DNA from: Bacillales bacterium
GTDB lineage: Bacteria > Bacillota > Bacilli > JARBTR01
NCBI GenBank assembly: GCA_029240105.1
Contig: JARBTR010000004.1
Coordinates: forward strand, 219,190 to 283,189
Direction: 5' to 3'
DNA: 64,000 nucleotides
The stretch's first letter is position 1. Each line of letters starts with the position of its first letter. The notes below the pieces were generated by a model, which had not been told where the DNA came from, did no database searches, and saw only the letters and a program-made list of their open reading frames with translations. This document shows positions 52,414-63,562 of the stretch, piece by piece. A program made the position numbers and the translations under genes.

Positions 52414-52855
52414 CTAATTTCTAAAATCCTATAATTGTTTAAATTTTTATAATTAGATTGTATTTCAATTATTTACCACTTGCAATATTAACTTGATTTA
52501 GGAAATATCCGCATTTTAAGTTGATAACCCTATCAGGTAAACACCTCAGGTCAAAGAGTGAGTAACCGATTTAAAGAATTACAATAGATTGAAATTCTTA
52601 ATATGCGCTTAATTGTAGTTTGAACGATCAGTCATTTCAAAAGTTGAATTATTTTCATTTCTATATCGGTACAACTCAATTGTTGTACCACAATCTATGA
52701 ATGGTTCCTTTAACTATAAGTCACGAGATCAATATCTTTAATACGGTTCATTCTCTAAAATTGGAAAGATAAAAACCTAACTTTTTTGATACGTTGTTAA
52801 CAACTAAAATAAAATGAAAATTGGTTTGTAACTAATTTATTTTAAAAAATAAAAA

Positions 52856-52915
52856 GCTCTATTCCATCAGGAACGAGCTTCGTTTATTATTTCAGATTAT
52901 CCAAAATAACTATCC
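52856..52915 (-). repeat. terminator-associated repeat, copy 2 (see 38692..38754)
   Basis: GCTCTATTCCATCAGGAACGAGCTTCG...TATTATTTCAGATTATCCAAAATAACTATCC; lies 3' of pflB. Confidence 0.5.
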
Positions 52916-53027
52916 AACAATCCTTCCAAGCCTTAAAATAGCGAGCTTCGTCAACAACCTATATTAAGACCCGTTACCCATACCTAATGTATCCATGATT
53001 GAATATGCCCAATCAAACTTCGTCCCC

Positions 53028-55253
53028 TTACATTGATTCATGGAATGTTCGATTTATCACATCAAGTTGCTGTTCTCTTGTTAATTTAATAAAGTTAACC
53101 GCATAACCGGAAACCCGAATGGTTAATTGCGGATGATTCTCAGGATGTGCTATTGCATCCAATAATGTTTCTTTGTTTAAAACATTCACATTTAGGTGGT
53201 GTCCAGTTAAATGTGTATAGCCATCTAAAATGGATACTAAGTTGCGTATTTGAGCCCATTCATCTTTGCCTAATGCTTTTGGAACGATTGAGAAGGTATT
53301 CGAAACCCCATCCATTGCATCACTATATGGAAGCTTAGCAACTGATGCAAGAGAAGCCAGGGTACCTTTAACATCACGGCCATGCATTGGGTTTGCACCA
53401 GGTGCAAACGGTTCTCCAGCTTTTCGGAGATCAGGTGTATTCCCTGTTTTCTTGCCATAAACCACATTAGATGTAATGGTTAAAATAGATAAAGTATGAA
53501 CTGAATTTCTATACGTTTCGTACTTTCGCAACTTTTCCATGAACTTCTCTACGATTTCAACTGCTATACTGTCCACACGTTCATCATTATTACCATAGTG
53601 TGGGTAATCACCAGTTGTTTCGAAGTCTATTGCAATACCATTTTCATCGCGAATTACTTTGACCTGCCCATATTTAATTGCACTTAAGGAGTCAGCTACC
53701 ACACTCAATCCTGCAATACCTGTCGCCATGGTTCGAAGGGTTCTTGAATCGTGTAATGCCATTTCAATTCTTTCGTAGCTATACTTATCATGCATGTAAT
53801 GAATGATATTTAAAGTATTGATGTAAAGTCCTGCAAGCCATTCCAACATTTGATCAAATTTCTGCATTACCTCTTTATATTCTAATACTTCGGACTTTAT
53901 AGGCTGATATTGAGGGCCCACCTGAATTTTAAGCTTTTCATCTACCCCACCGTTAATTGCATATAGTAGAGCTTTAGCCAAATTCGACCTGGCACCAAAG
54001 AACTGCATTTGCTTTCCAATCTCCATTGCCGAAACGCAGCAAGCAATACCGTAATCATCGCCATACTCAGGGCGCATAATGTCATCATTTTCATATTGAA
54101 TGGAACTTGTATTAATCGACATTTTGGCACAATATTGTTTAAAATTTTCAGGAAGCCTTGATGACCATAAAACAGTTAAATTTGGTTCAGGTGCAGGGCC
54201 TAAGTTATCTAATGTATGCAGAAAACGGAAAGAGTTTTTTGTAACAAGAGAACGCCCATCCTGGGCCATTCCTCCAATCGATTCAGTTACCCATGTAGGA
54301 TCTCCGCTGAATAATTCATTATAATCGGGTGTACGGGCAAATTTCACTATACGAAGCTTCATAATAAAATGGTCAACGATTTCTTGGACTTCATCTTCCT
54401 TTATAGTGCCATTTTGCAGATCCCTTTCAATATAGATGTCAAGGAAAGTTGAAACACGTCCAAGACTCATGGCCGCACCATTTTGTTCTTTAATAGCTGC
54501 AAGATAAGCAAAATATAACCATTGGAAGGCTTCTTTTGTATTTTGCGCCGGCTGTGACAGGTCGAATCCGTAACTTGCTCCCATCTCTTTCAATTCTTTA
54601 AGAGCCCGATATTGCTCCGAAATCTCTTCTCGTAAACGGATGTTATCCTCTGTCATTCTATTCGTTGTATTGTTAAAGTCATTTTGTTTTTCACTCATTA
54701 AAAAATCAACACCATATAATGCGACGCGTCGATAATCACCAATGATGCGTCCGCGGCCATAGGCATCTGGAAGGCCGGTAATAATACCTGCTTTACGGGC
54801 TAGTAGCATTTCTTTTGTATAAGCATCGAATACACCCTGATTATGTGTTTTACGGTAATCAGTAAAGATTTTTTCAATTTCAGGGTTTAATTTAAAACCA
54901 TATGAATCACACGAAGCCTTTGCCATACGTATGCCTCCAAATGGCTGCAAAGAACGTTTAAAAGGCTTATCTGTTTGAATGCCCACAACTTTTTCTAGTT
55001 CTTTATTGAGATAGCCAGGACCATGTGACGTTATGGTAGAAACGATATCAGTATCCAAATCAAGGACACCGCCCTTTTCCAGTTCTTGTCTAGTCAAATC
55101 CATCACTTGAGTCCACAATTTTTTTGTTGCTTCTGTTGCAGGTGTTAGGAATGAACAATCACCTTCATACTGTGAGTAATTCTTCAAAATAAAATCACGT
55201 ACGTTCACATGTTTTGTCCATGGACCTTTTTTAAAACCTTGCCATTGTTCCAT
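53028..55253 (-). CDS. pflB: formate C-acetyltransferase (pyruvate formate-lyase)
   Basis: 741 aa; glycyl-radical motif RVSGYAV near C-terminus and the active-site Cys pair (ACCVSA). Confidence 0.9.
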   Translation of the reverse strand: MEQWQGFKKGPWTKHVNVRDFILKNYSQYEGDCSFLTPATEATKKLWTQVMDLTRQELEKGGVLDLDTDIVSTITSHGPGYLNKELEKVVGIQTDKPFKRSLQPFGGIRMAKASCDSYGFKLNPEIEKIFTDYRKTHNQGVFDAYTKEMLLARKAGIITGLPDAYGRGRIIGDYRRVALYGVDFLMSEKQNDFNNTTNRMTEDNIRLREEISEQYRALKELKEMGASYGFDLSQPAQNTKEAFQWLYFAYLAAIKEQNGAAMSLGRVSTFLDIYIERDLQNGTIKEDEVQEIVDHFIMKLRIVKFARTPDYNELFSGDPTWVTESIGGMAQDGRSLVTKNSFRFLHTLDNLGPAPEPNLTVLWSSRLPENFKQYCAKMSINTSSIQYENDDIMRPEYGDDYGIACCVSAMEIGKQMQFFGARSNLAKALLYAINGGVDEKLKIQVGPQYQPIKSEVLEYKEVMQKFDQMLEWLAGLYINTLNIIHYMHDKYSYERIEMALHDSRTLRTMATGIAGLSVVADSLSAIKYGQVKVIRDENGIAIDFETTGDYPHYGNNDERVDSIAVEIVEKFMEKLRKYETYRNSVHTLSILTITSNVVYGKKTGNTPDLRKAGEPFAPGANPMHGRDVKGTLASLASVAKLPYSDAMDGVSNTFSIVPKALGKDEWAQIRNLVSILDGYTHLTGHHLNVNVLNKETLLDAIAHPENHPQLTIRVSGYAVNFIKLTREQQLDVINRTFHESM

Positions 55254-55281
55254 TGTAATTCACCTCTTATATTATTCGTAT

Positions 55282-56955
55282 CTAAATCTCGACAATAATT
55301 GGAAGTATCATTGGCTTTCTCTTTGTTTGAGTAAATAGATACTGCCCAACCGACTTTTTTATATTTTGTTTCATTACATTCCATTGCTGGTTATTATCTA
55401 GTTGTAATTCTTTAACGGTTTTACTCACCAAACGGTTTACTTCTTTTAGTAGTACGTCTGAGTCACGGGCGTAAACAAATCCTCGAGTGATGGTATCCGG
55501 CCCAGAAATAATCTTCCTGTCCCACTTGCTAATGGTAATAACCACGACAAGCATCCCATCCTCAGACAGTTGCTTTCGATCTCGTAAAACGATATCTCCA
55601 ACATCTCCAACACCAATTCCATCGACATAAGTATCCCCAGCTTGGACAGAACGAGTTTGACGGGCTGTCCCATTTTTTATATCAATAACTTCTCCATTTT
55701 TAATAACAAATGTATTACCTTTTTCCACTCCAACTGATTCAGCTAGCATTCGGTGATGGTGGAGCATACGGTATTCACCATGGATTGGAATGAAATAGGT
55801 CGGTTTCATTAAGGTTAACATAAGCTTTAGGTCTTCCTGATATCCATGGCCGGAAACGTGCATGCCAGTTGTACTGCCGGAACCGTATATTACTTTTGCT
55901 CCTAGTTGAAATAAATTGTCTATAATTTTAGAAACATCTTTCTCATTTCCAGGGATTGGGGATGCTGCTAATATAACTGTATCTCCCGGGTAAATTGCAA
56001 CATCACGGAAGTTTCCACTAGCTAATCGAGATAAGGCTGCCATAGGTTCTCCTTGACTGCCTGTACAGAGAATAACGACCTTTTCAGCTGGCAATTTATC
56101 TACTTCGCTTGCATCAATTAACATATCATCTGGAACATTCAGATACCCACGTTCAATGGCAACATTAACAACGTTCACCATACTACGTCCAAGCAATGTT
56201 AGTTTCCGATTAGTCCTTAACGCCGACTCAACCACTTGCTGAACACGATTGATATTGGATGCGAATGTTGATATAAAAATCTTTCCTGTAGCTTTCATGA
56301 ATGCTTCGTCCATATTGGAACCCACCATTTGCTCAGAAGGGGTCATCCCTTTACGCTCTGCATTTGTACTTTCTGATATTAATACCAAGACCCCATTTTG
56401 GCCGATTTCAGCCATTTTATGTATATCAGCATATTGGTTATTTGCTGGTGTTAAATCAAATTTGAAATCTCCAGTATGGACAACATTTCCCTCAGGAGTA
56501 TGAAAGACAATTCCAAGACAATCAGGTATGCTATGGCTAACTTTAAAAAAGGAGATTTTAACCTGTTCAAATTCTAAAATTGAGTTAGAGTCTATTGTAA
56601 TTAGTTTAGAATCTCCTCTAAGTCTATGCTCGTCGATTTTTAGTTCTATTAGACCAAGGGTAAAACGCGTTGCATAAATCGGGATATTTAATTTTCTTAA
56701 GAAATATGGGATACCGCCTATATGGTCCTCGTGGCCATGAGTAACAATTAAAGCTTTAATTTTATCCTGATTCTCTTCCAAAAAAGTAATGTCAGGAATA
56801 ATTAAATCTATACCTAGTAAGCTTTCATCAGGAAATTTCCCACCACAATCAATAATAAAGATCTCGTCCTCATATTGAACAACATACATGTTTTTTCCGA
56901 TTTCGTTTATTCCGCCTAATGCAAAAATAGATAAAGCGTTTTCAGTGGATTTCAT
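55282..56955 (-). CDS. rnj: ribonuclease J (metallo-beta-lactamase / beta-CASP family)
   Basis: 557 aa; HGHEDHIG motif, beta-CASP and C-terminal domain pattern of RNase J1/J2. Confidence 0.85.
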   Translation of the reverse strand: MKSTENALSIFALGGINEIGKNMYVVQYEDEIFIIDCGGKFPDESLLGIDLIIPDITFLEENQDKIKALIVTHGHEDHIGGIPYFLRKLNIPIYATRFTLGLIELKIDEHRLRGDSKLITIDSNSILEFEQVKISFFKVSHSIPDCLGIVFHTPEGNVVHTGDFKFDLTPANNQYADIHKMAEIGQNGVLVLISESTNAERKGMTPSEQMVGSNMDEAFMKATGKIFISTFASNINRVQQVVESALRTNRKLTLLGRSMVNVVNVAIERGYLNVPDDMLIDASEVDKLPAEKVVILCTGSQGEPMAALSRLASGNFRDVAIYPGDTVILAASPIPGNEKDVSKIIDNLFQLGAKVIYGSGSTTGMHVSGHGYQEDLKLMLTLMKPTYFIPIHGEYRMLHHHRMLAESVGVEKGNTFVIKNGEVIDIKNGTARQTRSVQAGDTYVDGIGVGDVGDIVLRDRKQLSEDGMLVVVITISKWDRKIISGPDTITRGFVYARDSDVLLKEVNRLVSKTVKELQLDNNQQWNVMKQNIKKSVGQYLFTQTKRKPMILPIIVEI

Positions 56956-57528
56956 TTTTTCTACTCCTATCTAATTAAATAGGTTTATTATTCCTTTGTG
57001 TATAACTTTGATGCAAGAGAAAGTTATAGCATCCTGAAGTCTTCATTACATAGTTAATTCTTCATTGGTAAAACTAAAATAGTGCCTTTAGGTAGGACAT
57101 AAGTTCAAACTCAACAAAAAATCCAAGAAGATGCAATTAAACACAGTAAAAGAAGAAACACAAATCGAAGATTTATTAAAAACAAATGGTGTAGGACTTC
57201 CTCCAACGCCACCTGAATGACCTATAAAAAATAGGAAGAACTACCAGCAGGAGCTAAAAGACAAGATATTGAGATTGCTACCATGTTAGCGGGTAGTGTA
57301 TCTGCTGGTCTCTGCTGGTCTAGTCGCTTGTAGTGGAATGATGGGTCAATGTGTTTATGAGGACATATGTATGATCAATTTCATGATCAAAAAGAAGAGT
57401 TAAGATTAAGGGTTCTTTGTTTTTTTAAAGAAAAATGGCTGGATAGTTCATCTGCCAATACACAACGCGCAAGTGCAAATGAATAATATTATTTGAATTA
57501 ATATCTAAGTTTTATGGAGGTGATTCAC

Positions 57529-57666
57529 ATGGCTAAACAAGGAAAGAATGGAAATACTACTAAAAATAAAGATAGATCACAGGAATCAATAACCAATCAA
57601 TTGGCTAACCAACAATTAGGAAGTCAACAATCAAGACAAAATTCAAAAAATTATCCTCTTGAGTAA
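57529..57666 (+). CDS. 45-aa Q/N/K-rich small protein (minor SASP-like)
   Basis: MAKQGKNGNTTKNKDRSQESITNQLANQQLGSQQSRQNSKNYPLE; strong SD ggaggtga 7 nt upstream; terminator immediately downstream; below ORF-track size cut-off. Confidence 0.55.
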   Translation: MAKQGKNGNTTKNKDRSQESITNQLANQQLGSQQSRQNSKNYPLE

Positions 57667-57685
57667 TTGAATTTTGTGTATAAAA

Positions 57686-57712
57686 AAAGCATCAAGATTG
57701 ATGCTTTTTTTG
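57686..57712 (+). terminator. terminator of small protein gene
   Basis: aaagcatcaagattgatgcttttttt. Confidence 0.75.
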
Positions 57713-57793
57713 TTTGTGATTTTATATTGTTTCTCAAAACCGAACCCGATGATTTAAAATCACTGCCATACGTATCTAATTATAAAGTAATTA

Positions 57794-58339
57794 TTACCCA
57801 AAATAACGCTTTAACAAGCCTTCAAAACCTTTACCATGACGAGCTTCGTCTTTGCACATTTCATGAACCGTATCATGTACTGCATCATAATCTAATTTCT
57901 TAGCTAATGTAGCTAAGTCCTTTTTACCTTGAGTAGCGCCGTGTTCAGCCATTACACGCTTCTCAAGATTTTTCTTTGTATCCGCTTCTAGGACTTCACC
58001 TAGTAATTCAGCAAATTTAGCAGCATGCTCTGCTTCTTCAAATGCATATCTTTTGAAAGCTTCTGCGATTTCAGGATATCCTTCACGATCGGCTTGACGG
58101 CTCATCGCTAAGTACATCCCTACTTCCATACATTCGCCTTCATAATTCATTCGAAGCTGTTTTACTACTTCTTCATCAAGGCCCTTAGCAACACCAACTC
58201 GATGTTCATCAGCATATACCAAATTTTCAGATGACTTTTCAATAAATTTACTTGCTGGTGCCTTACAAAGTGGGCATCTTTCTGGTGGACACTCCCCTAC
58301 GTGAACATGACCACAAATTGGACAAATATATGTTTTCAT
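57794..58339 (-). CDS. reverse rubrerythrin (N-terminal rubredoxin-like domain + ferritin-like diiron domain)
   Basis: CPICGHV...CPLC rubredoxin-type Cys4 at N-terminus followed by ExxH diiron ligands (EGE..E..H; EEAEH; EARH). Confidence 0.8.
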   Translation of the reverse strand: MKTYICPICGHVHVGECPPERCPLCKAPASKFIEKSSENLVYADEHRVGVAKGLDEEVVKQLRMNYEGECMEVGMYLAMSRQADREGYPEIAEAFKRYAFEEAEHAAKFAELLGEVLEADTKKNLEKRVMAEHGATQGKKDLATLAKKLDYDAVHDTVHEMCKDEARHGKGFEGLLKRYFG

Positions 58340-58612
58340 TTTTTTCTTCTCCTCTATTGATAATAATTATCGAGTTAGAATAATTATAAACTACTCTAAT
58401 TAAATGTACCATAAAATTTTGCAAAGTGTAAACCTCTCTTGCCAAACAATTTTTAATACATATTAAAATTTTTAAAAATTGGAGTTTTTAATCCCCAGAT
58501 ATATTCCAAAACAACTCTCACTTTTAAATTTAAATAAGAAAGGATTTTTTTGAATCAGTTACATAATTTTAAATTTTTATGCTCATAATGAATTGGAAAA
58601 AATAGATATTTA

Positions 58613-59743
58613 ATGCTTGTGAAGAGGTTATGTGTGATTACTTTAATAAAAAATGTTGAGTGTTATTGCCCTGCTTATATAGGTATCAAGGATATTTTAA
58701 TTGCAAATGATAGTATTTATAAAATAGTAGAGCCGAATAGTTGGATCCCTTGTAGTGAATTTATAAGTATACTCGATTGCAACGGATTGATTGCAATGCC
58801 TGGAATCATTGATGGGCATGTTCATATTACGGGTGGCGGTGGTGAGGATGGATTTTCAAGTCGAATCACTGAAATAGACGTAAAAGACATTTTCCTTGCT
58901 GGTGTAACTACAGTTGTTGGTTTACTTGGTGCTGATAGTCAAACAAGAAGTTTAAAAAATCTATTAGCAAAGGCTAAATCATTAGAAATTGAGGGGCTGA
59001 CTACTTTTATTTATTCAGGAAGTTATGCTGCACCTATTATTACATTTACAGAAGACATTACTAGTGACATGGTTTTAATAGATAAAGTTATTGGTGCTGG
59101 AGAAATAGCAATAGCGGATCATAGATCCTCTTATCCAGATCTAAAGGATATTCTATCTATTGCCACGAAAGCACATATTGGTGGCTTAATTAGCGGAAAA
59201 GCTGGTTTAATTCATTTTCATGTTGGAGATGGTAAATCAGGACTTGATTTAGTTAATCAATTGATTGCTAATACAGATTTACCCATCGATCAATTTCTCC
59301 CTACTCACACAAATCGGAATAAAAATCTTTTTGAACAGGCAATTCAATTTACTAAAAATGGTGGCAATGTAGATCTTACCTCGGGTGAACAAATTGGGAT
59401 TTCAGTACCCGATGCAGTTCAAAAACTTCTTGACGAAGGGGTTGCACTCCATAGGGTAACCATAAGTTCTGATGCAAATGGCAGTTCTCCAAATGGTGAG
59501 GCTGGAAAAATTCAAACACTGGCTGATGATATAAAACAATGTTTAGTAGAAAAAAAAATCCTGCCAGAGATTATCTTCCCTTTAGTTACTGAAAATGTTG
59601 CTAAAAGAATAAGGCAATATCCTAAAAAAGGAACTATCAAGGAAGGTAGCGATGCAGACATTCTCATTATGGATAAAGACTTTAATCTGCGAAACCTATT
59701 CAGTAATGGAAAACTAGTCGTATCTGATGGGAAAGTTATATAA
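58613..59743 (+). CDS. iadA: isoaspartyl dipeptidase (IadA-like amidohydrolase); start possibly GTG at 58634
   Basis: Amidohydrolase metal motif IDGHVHITGGGGE; context upstream of cphB/cphA. Confidence 0.7.
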   Translation: MLVKRLCVITLIKNVECYCPAYIGIKDILIANDSIYKIVEPNSWIPCSEFISILDCNGLIAMPGIIDGHVHITGGGGEDGFSSRITEIDVKDIFLAGVTTVVGLLGADSQTRSLKNLLAKAKSLEIEGLTTFIYSGSYAAPIITFTEDITSDMVLIDKVIGAGEIAIADHRSSYPDLKDILSIATKAHIGGLISGKAGLIHFHVGDGKSGLDLVNQLIANTDLPIDQFLPTHTNRNKNLFEQAIQFTKNGGNVDLTSGEQIGISVPDAVQKLLDEGVALHRVTISSDANGSSPNGEAGKIQTLADDIKQCLVEKKILPEIIFPLVTENVAKRIRQYPKKGTIKEGSDADILIMDKDFNLRNLFSNGKLVVSDGKVI

Positions 59744-59766
59744 ATTTTGCTCTTGGAGGGGTTTAA

Positions 59767-60609
59767 ATGGAAGGCCAAGCAAAGGGGTACCTCATAATTA
59801 TAGGAGGTGCTGAAGATAAAACAGGCAAAAATGGGATACTCAATCAAGCTCATGAAATGCTATCAGATAAGGACATACTTACAATTATAACTACTGCTAC
59901 TGAAAAGCCTCAGGAAGTCGGAGAAAATTATAAACAAGATTTTGCAAAAATGGGTGTTAAGAATATCCAAGTATTAGACATTAACACAAGGGATATTGCC
60001 AACTCACCTGAAATATGTGAGCAAATAAAGAAATCAAAAGGCATTTTCATGACAGGAGGGGACCAACTAAGAGTTACAAGCATCTTAGGAGGAACAGCTG
60101 CCTATGAAGAGCTAAAACAAGTTTATTTTAATGGTGGCATTATCATGGGTACAAGTGCAGGTGCCTCAGTTATGAGTTCAACAATGGTCGTACAAGGTGA
60201 AGATAATGAACCTGCTAAAAAGTGCACCTTAAAAATGGCACCAGGGTTTAGGCTGCTTGAGAACTCAATTATTGATCAACATTTTGATCAACGTGGTCGG
60301 TTTGGCCGATTGCTATGTGGTGTAGCAGAAAATCCAGAAGTCTTGGGAATTGGCATAGATGAAGATACCGCAATTAAGGTTTATCCCGATAATCATTTTG
60401 AAATCATTGGAACAAATACAGTTACGATTATTGATGGTACTAGCATAAAGAGTTCAAATGTTTCGGAATTAGCACCTAATGAGATGTTAGCTATTATAGG
60501 TGTAACAGTTCACACCTTGCCAAAAGGCTATGGATTTAACCTACTATCTAGAGAAGTAATGCGTTTAAAAAACGGGGGCAAAAAGGATGGAAGTACTAGG
60601 AATAACTAG
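59767..60609 (+). CDS. cphB: cyanophycinase (S51 peptidase)
   Basis: 280 aa; IIGGAEDK start and GTSAGA catalytic Ser motif typical of cyanophycinase. Confidence 0.85.
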   Translation: MEGQAKGYLIIIGGAEDKTGKNGILNQAHEMLSDKDILTIITTATEKPQEVGENYKQDFAKMGVKNIQVLDINTRDIANSPEICEQIKKSKGIFMTGGDQLRVTSILGGTAAYEELKQVYFNGGIIMGTSAGASVMSSTMVVQGEDNEPAKKCTLKMAPGFRLLENSIIDQHFDQRGRFGRLLCGVAENPEVLGIGIDEDTAIKVYPDNHFEIIGTNTVTIIDGTSIKSSNVSELAPNEMLAIIGVTVHTLPKGYGFNLLSREVMRLKNGGKKDGSTRNN

Positions 60610-63009
60610 TTTCAAGGGTAGAAATATCTACAGCCATAAGCCAGTTATGAAAATGACCATTGATATCACGGAAAATAATATATATACCAAAGACATAGAA
60701 GGATTTAATGAGAAGTTATTAACTGCTTTTCCAATGCTTCGTAAAAATACATGCGGATTAGGATATGAAGGTGGTTTTCTTGAAAGATTAGAGAATGGAA
60801 CCTATTTAGGTCATGTCTTAGAGCATGTTATTTTAGATATACAAAATACTTTAGGTCATAATGTGAAATATGGAAAAACAAGACTTTTAAAAGCGAGTCA
60901 GATTTTGGCCCTAGTACAGCAGCAATCGTTCAGGAAGCAAAAAATAGAAAAATCCCCATAACCAGACTTGGAAATGACAATTTAGTAAGACTTGGATATG
61001 GTAAATATAGCAAAGTAATACAGGCAACTTTGACTGATGCAACTTCTTGTATCGCTACCGATATAACATCTGATAAACAATTAACGAAATCTATATTAAT
61101 TGATCAAAAAATACCAGTACCATTTGGAAAAGTAGTATACACAGAAGTATCGGCTGTAATGGCTGCAAAATCTATTGGTATGCCTGTTGTTTTGAAACCT
61201 TTTAATGGAAATCAAGGAAAAGGAGTTCAAACGAACCTTCAAAATGAAGAAGAAGTTAAAAAGGCTTTCAAAAAGGCATCAAAATTTAGTTCTGGTGTCC
61301 TAGTTGAACAATATATATCAGGAAATGATTATCGTGTATTGGTTGTAGGTGATCAGGTATCTGCTGTTTCACAAAGAGTATCCGCTATGGTCATTGGTGA
61401 TGGTGTACACACAATTGAAGAACTCATAGATATCATTAATTCAGATCCTCAACGTGGTGAAGGACATGAAAAATCACTTACAAAAATTAAATTAGATGAT
61501 ATTGCATTAGATATTTTAAATCGTAATCGTTTAAATTTAAATTATATTCCAGCAAAAAATGAACGTGTGTTACTAAGGGAGAATGGCAACATTAGTACGG
61601 GTGGTACAGCTATTGACTGTACTGAAATGATACACCCAGAGAATGCAGAAATTGCAGTTAGAGCTGCAGAGGCTTTGGGAATTAATATAGCTGGAGTTGA
61701 TATTGTTACTGAAGATATTACTAAACCTATTTTAGAAACAGGTGGTGCTGTCATTGAAGTTAATTCAGCCCCGGGTCTACGCATGCATTTATATCCCTCT
61801 GGAGGAAAGCCACGTAATGTTGCTAAAGACATCATTGATTTATTATTTCCAAATGATCAGGAGACAGAATTACCAATCGTATCTGTTACAGGAACTAATG
61901 GGAAAACAACGACAGTTCGTTTAATCAATCATGTCCTCTCTTTGTCAGGTAGAACTGTGGGTATGACAAGTACTAGCGGGACTTTTATTGGTGATAAATG
62001 CGTTTGCAAAGGAGATAACTCAGGTCCAAATAGTGCAAAAGCACTATTATCAAATAAACAAATTGATGCTGCTGTATTTGAAACAGCTAGAGGCGGGATA
62101 ATTAGAGAAGGGTTGGGCTATGACCTTGCTGATATTGGAGTCATTACAAATATTAGCGAAGACCATTTAGGACTTAATGGCATCGATACATTAGAAGATA
62201 TGGCACATATCAAAGCCTTGGTTGCAGAAGCTGTTAAACCTAATGGATATGCTGTTCTCAATGCAGAAGATGAAATGACTAACACTATACTAAAAAGTGT
62301 TCAAGTAAAGGTTATTTTATTTTATAAAAATAAAAATTCCATAAAAGTAGAAAATAGTAACGATCATATTCATGTCTTTGTTGATGATGAAATGATTAAA
62401 ATAAAAGATAGTCAAAAAATTATTGATGTTGTAAATATTAAAAATATTCCCATTACTTACAATGGTCTAATATCCTGTCAAATTGAAAATAGTTTAGCTG
62501 CGACAGCAGCCCTGTACGGATTAAATATACCTATTGAAACAATTCAAGAAGGTTTGATGAGTTTTAAAAATAATCCCGGAAGATTTCAACTTTTCCAAAT
62601 GAATCAATATAAAATTTTACTTGATTATGCTCACAACAGCGCTGGTTACGAAGAAATCGGAAACCTCTGTAAAAAAATCGATCATAAACGAAAAATTGGT
62701 ATCATCGGAATGCCAGGTGACCGGCCAGACTCAGCAATAAAACAAGTAGGGAAAATATCAGCAACTTCATTTGACCTCATTTATATAAAAGAGGATATTG
62801 ATTTACGAAACAGACAAAAAAATGAAGTAGCAAATTTACTTTGTGAGGGTGTACTCGAGGGTGGCCTTAATAAAAAAAATGTGCTTTTTTTCGAGGAAGA
62901 ATCAACCGCATTAGAACATGCAATGCAGAATGCGGAAGAAAACGATTTAATTGTTGTTTTATATGAAAACTTTGAACCTTTAAAAAACTTGATTAATCAA
63001 AATGTTTAA
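60587..63009 (+). pseudogene. cphA: cyanophycin synthetase, interrupted by a -1/+1 frameshift near 60885-60892 (two ORFs 60587..60961 and 61030..63009)
   Basis: ORF1 = CphA N-domain (..GGFLERLENGTYLGHVLEHV..); the continuation ..SDFGPSTAAIVQEAKNRKIPITRLG..LGYGKYSKVIQATLTD.. is readable in the frame of ORF2 from 60892 upstream of its TTG; ORF2 has ATP-grasp and Mur-ligase (GTNGKTTT) domains. Frames switch within a T4A4 homopolymer tract. Confidence 0.75.
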
Positions 63010-63039
63010 AATTAACTATTTACAAACATTTATAAGAAA

Positions 63040-63088
63040 CGGCCAGTTATCTTCAACTCTTAAGTTGAAGATAACTGGCTGTTTTCTC
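63040..63088 (+). terminator. cphA terminator
   Basis: ggccagttatcttcaactcttaagttgaagataactggctgttttctc (18-bp stem). Confidence 0.75.
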
Positions 63089-63209
63089 TACTGATTTTTT
63101 AAAACCTTATACTTATTAATGCAATGTTTGGCATTTTAAAGGACAAACTTTTGAATCATATAAGTTTTGCTATAATTAAACGATAAAGTAAAAAGAAAGT
63201 AGTTGAAAT

Positions 63210-63443
63210 ATGAAGAAGATCCTATTGCTTACCATTCGTTTTTATCAATTAGCCATTTCTCCCTATCTTGGCCCTCGCTGCCGCTTTCATCCAACCTGCT
63301 CAACTTATGGTTATGAAGCAATATCAAGCTTTGGTGTTTTCAAGGGTGGATACTTAACTATACGTCGTATTTTAAAATGTCATCCATTCCATCCTGGTGG
63401 AATAGATTTAGTTCCTGAGAAAAAGATTAACAAACACTTATAA
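63210..63443 (+). CDS. yidD: membrane protein insertion efficiency factor YidD
   Basis: 77 aa; conserved YidD pattern FYQ..ISP..GP.CRF.PTCS.Y..EA......G..L...RI.KCHP. Confidence 0.85.
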   Translation: MKKILLLTIRFYQLAISPYLGPRCRFHPTCSTYGYEAISSFGVFKGGYLTIRRILKCHPFHPGGIDLVPEKKINKHL

Positions 63444-63562
63444 AACAAACTATCTATCGCCAATTTTATAAAAAATTGAATCATTTACGAATAAAATCAC
63501 TAAAGACAAACATACACATTTCAAGGAAATAAATTGCAAAATCTAACACCAATCTGTTATTA

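Noticed and set aside
57301-57320. Possible CRISPR/tandem-repeat array at tctgctggtc repeats
   Set aside because: There are only two 10-bp copies and no spacers. It is interpreted as a local duplication or slippage event; no CRISPR array exists in the window.
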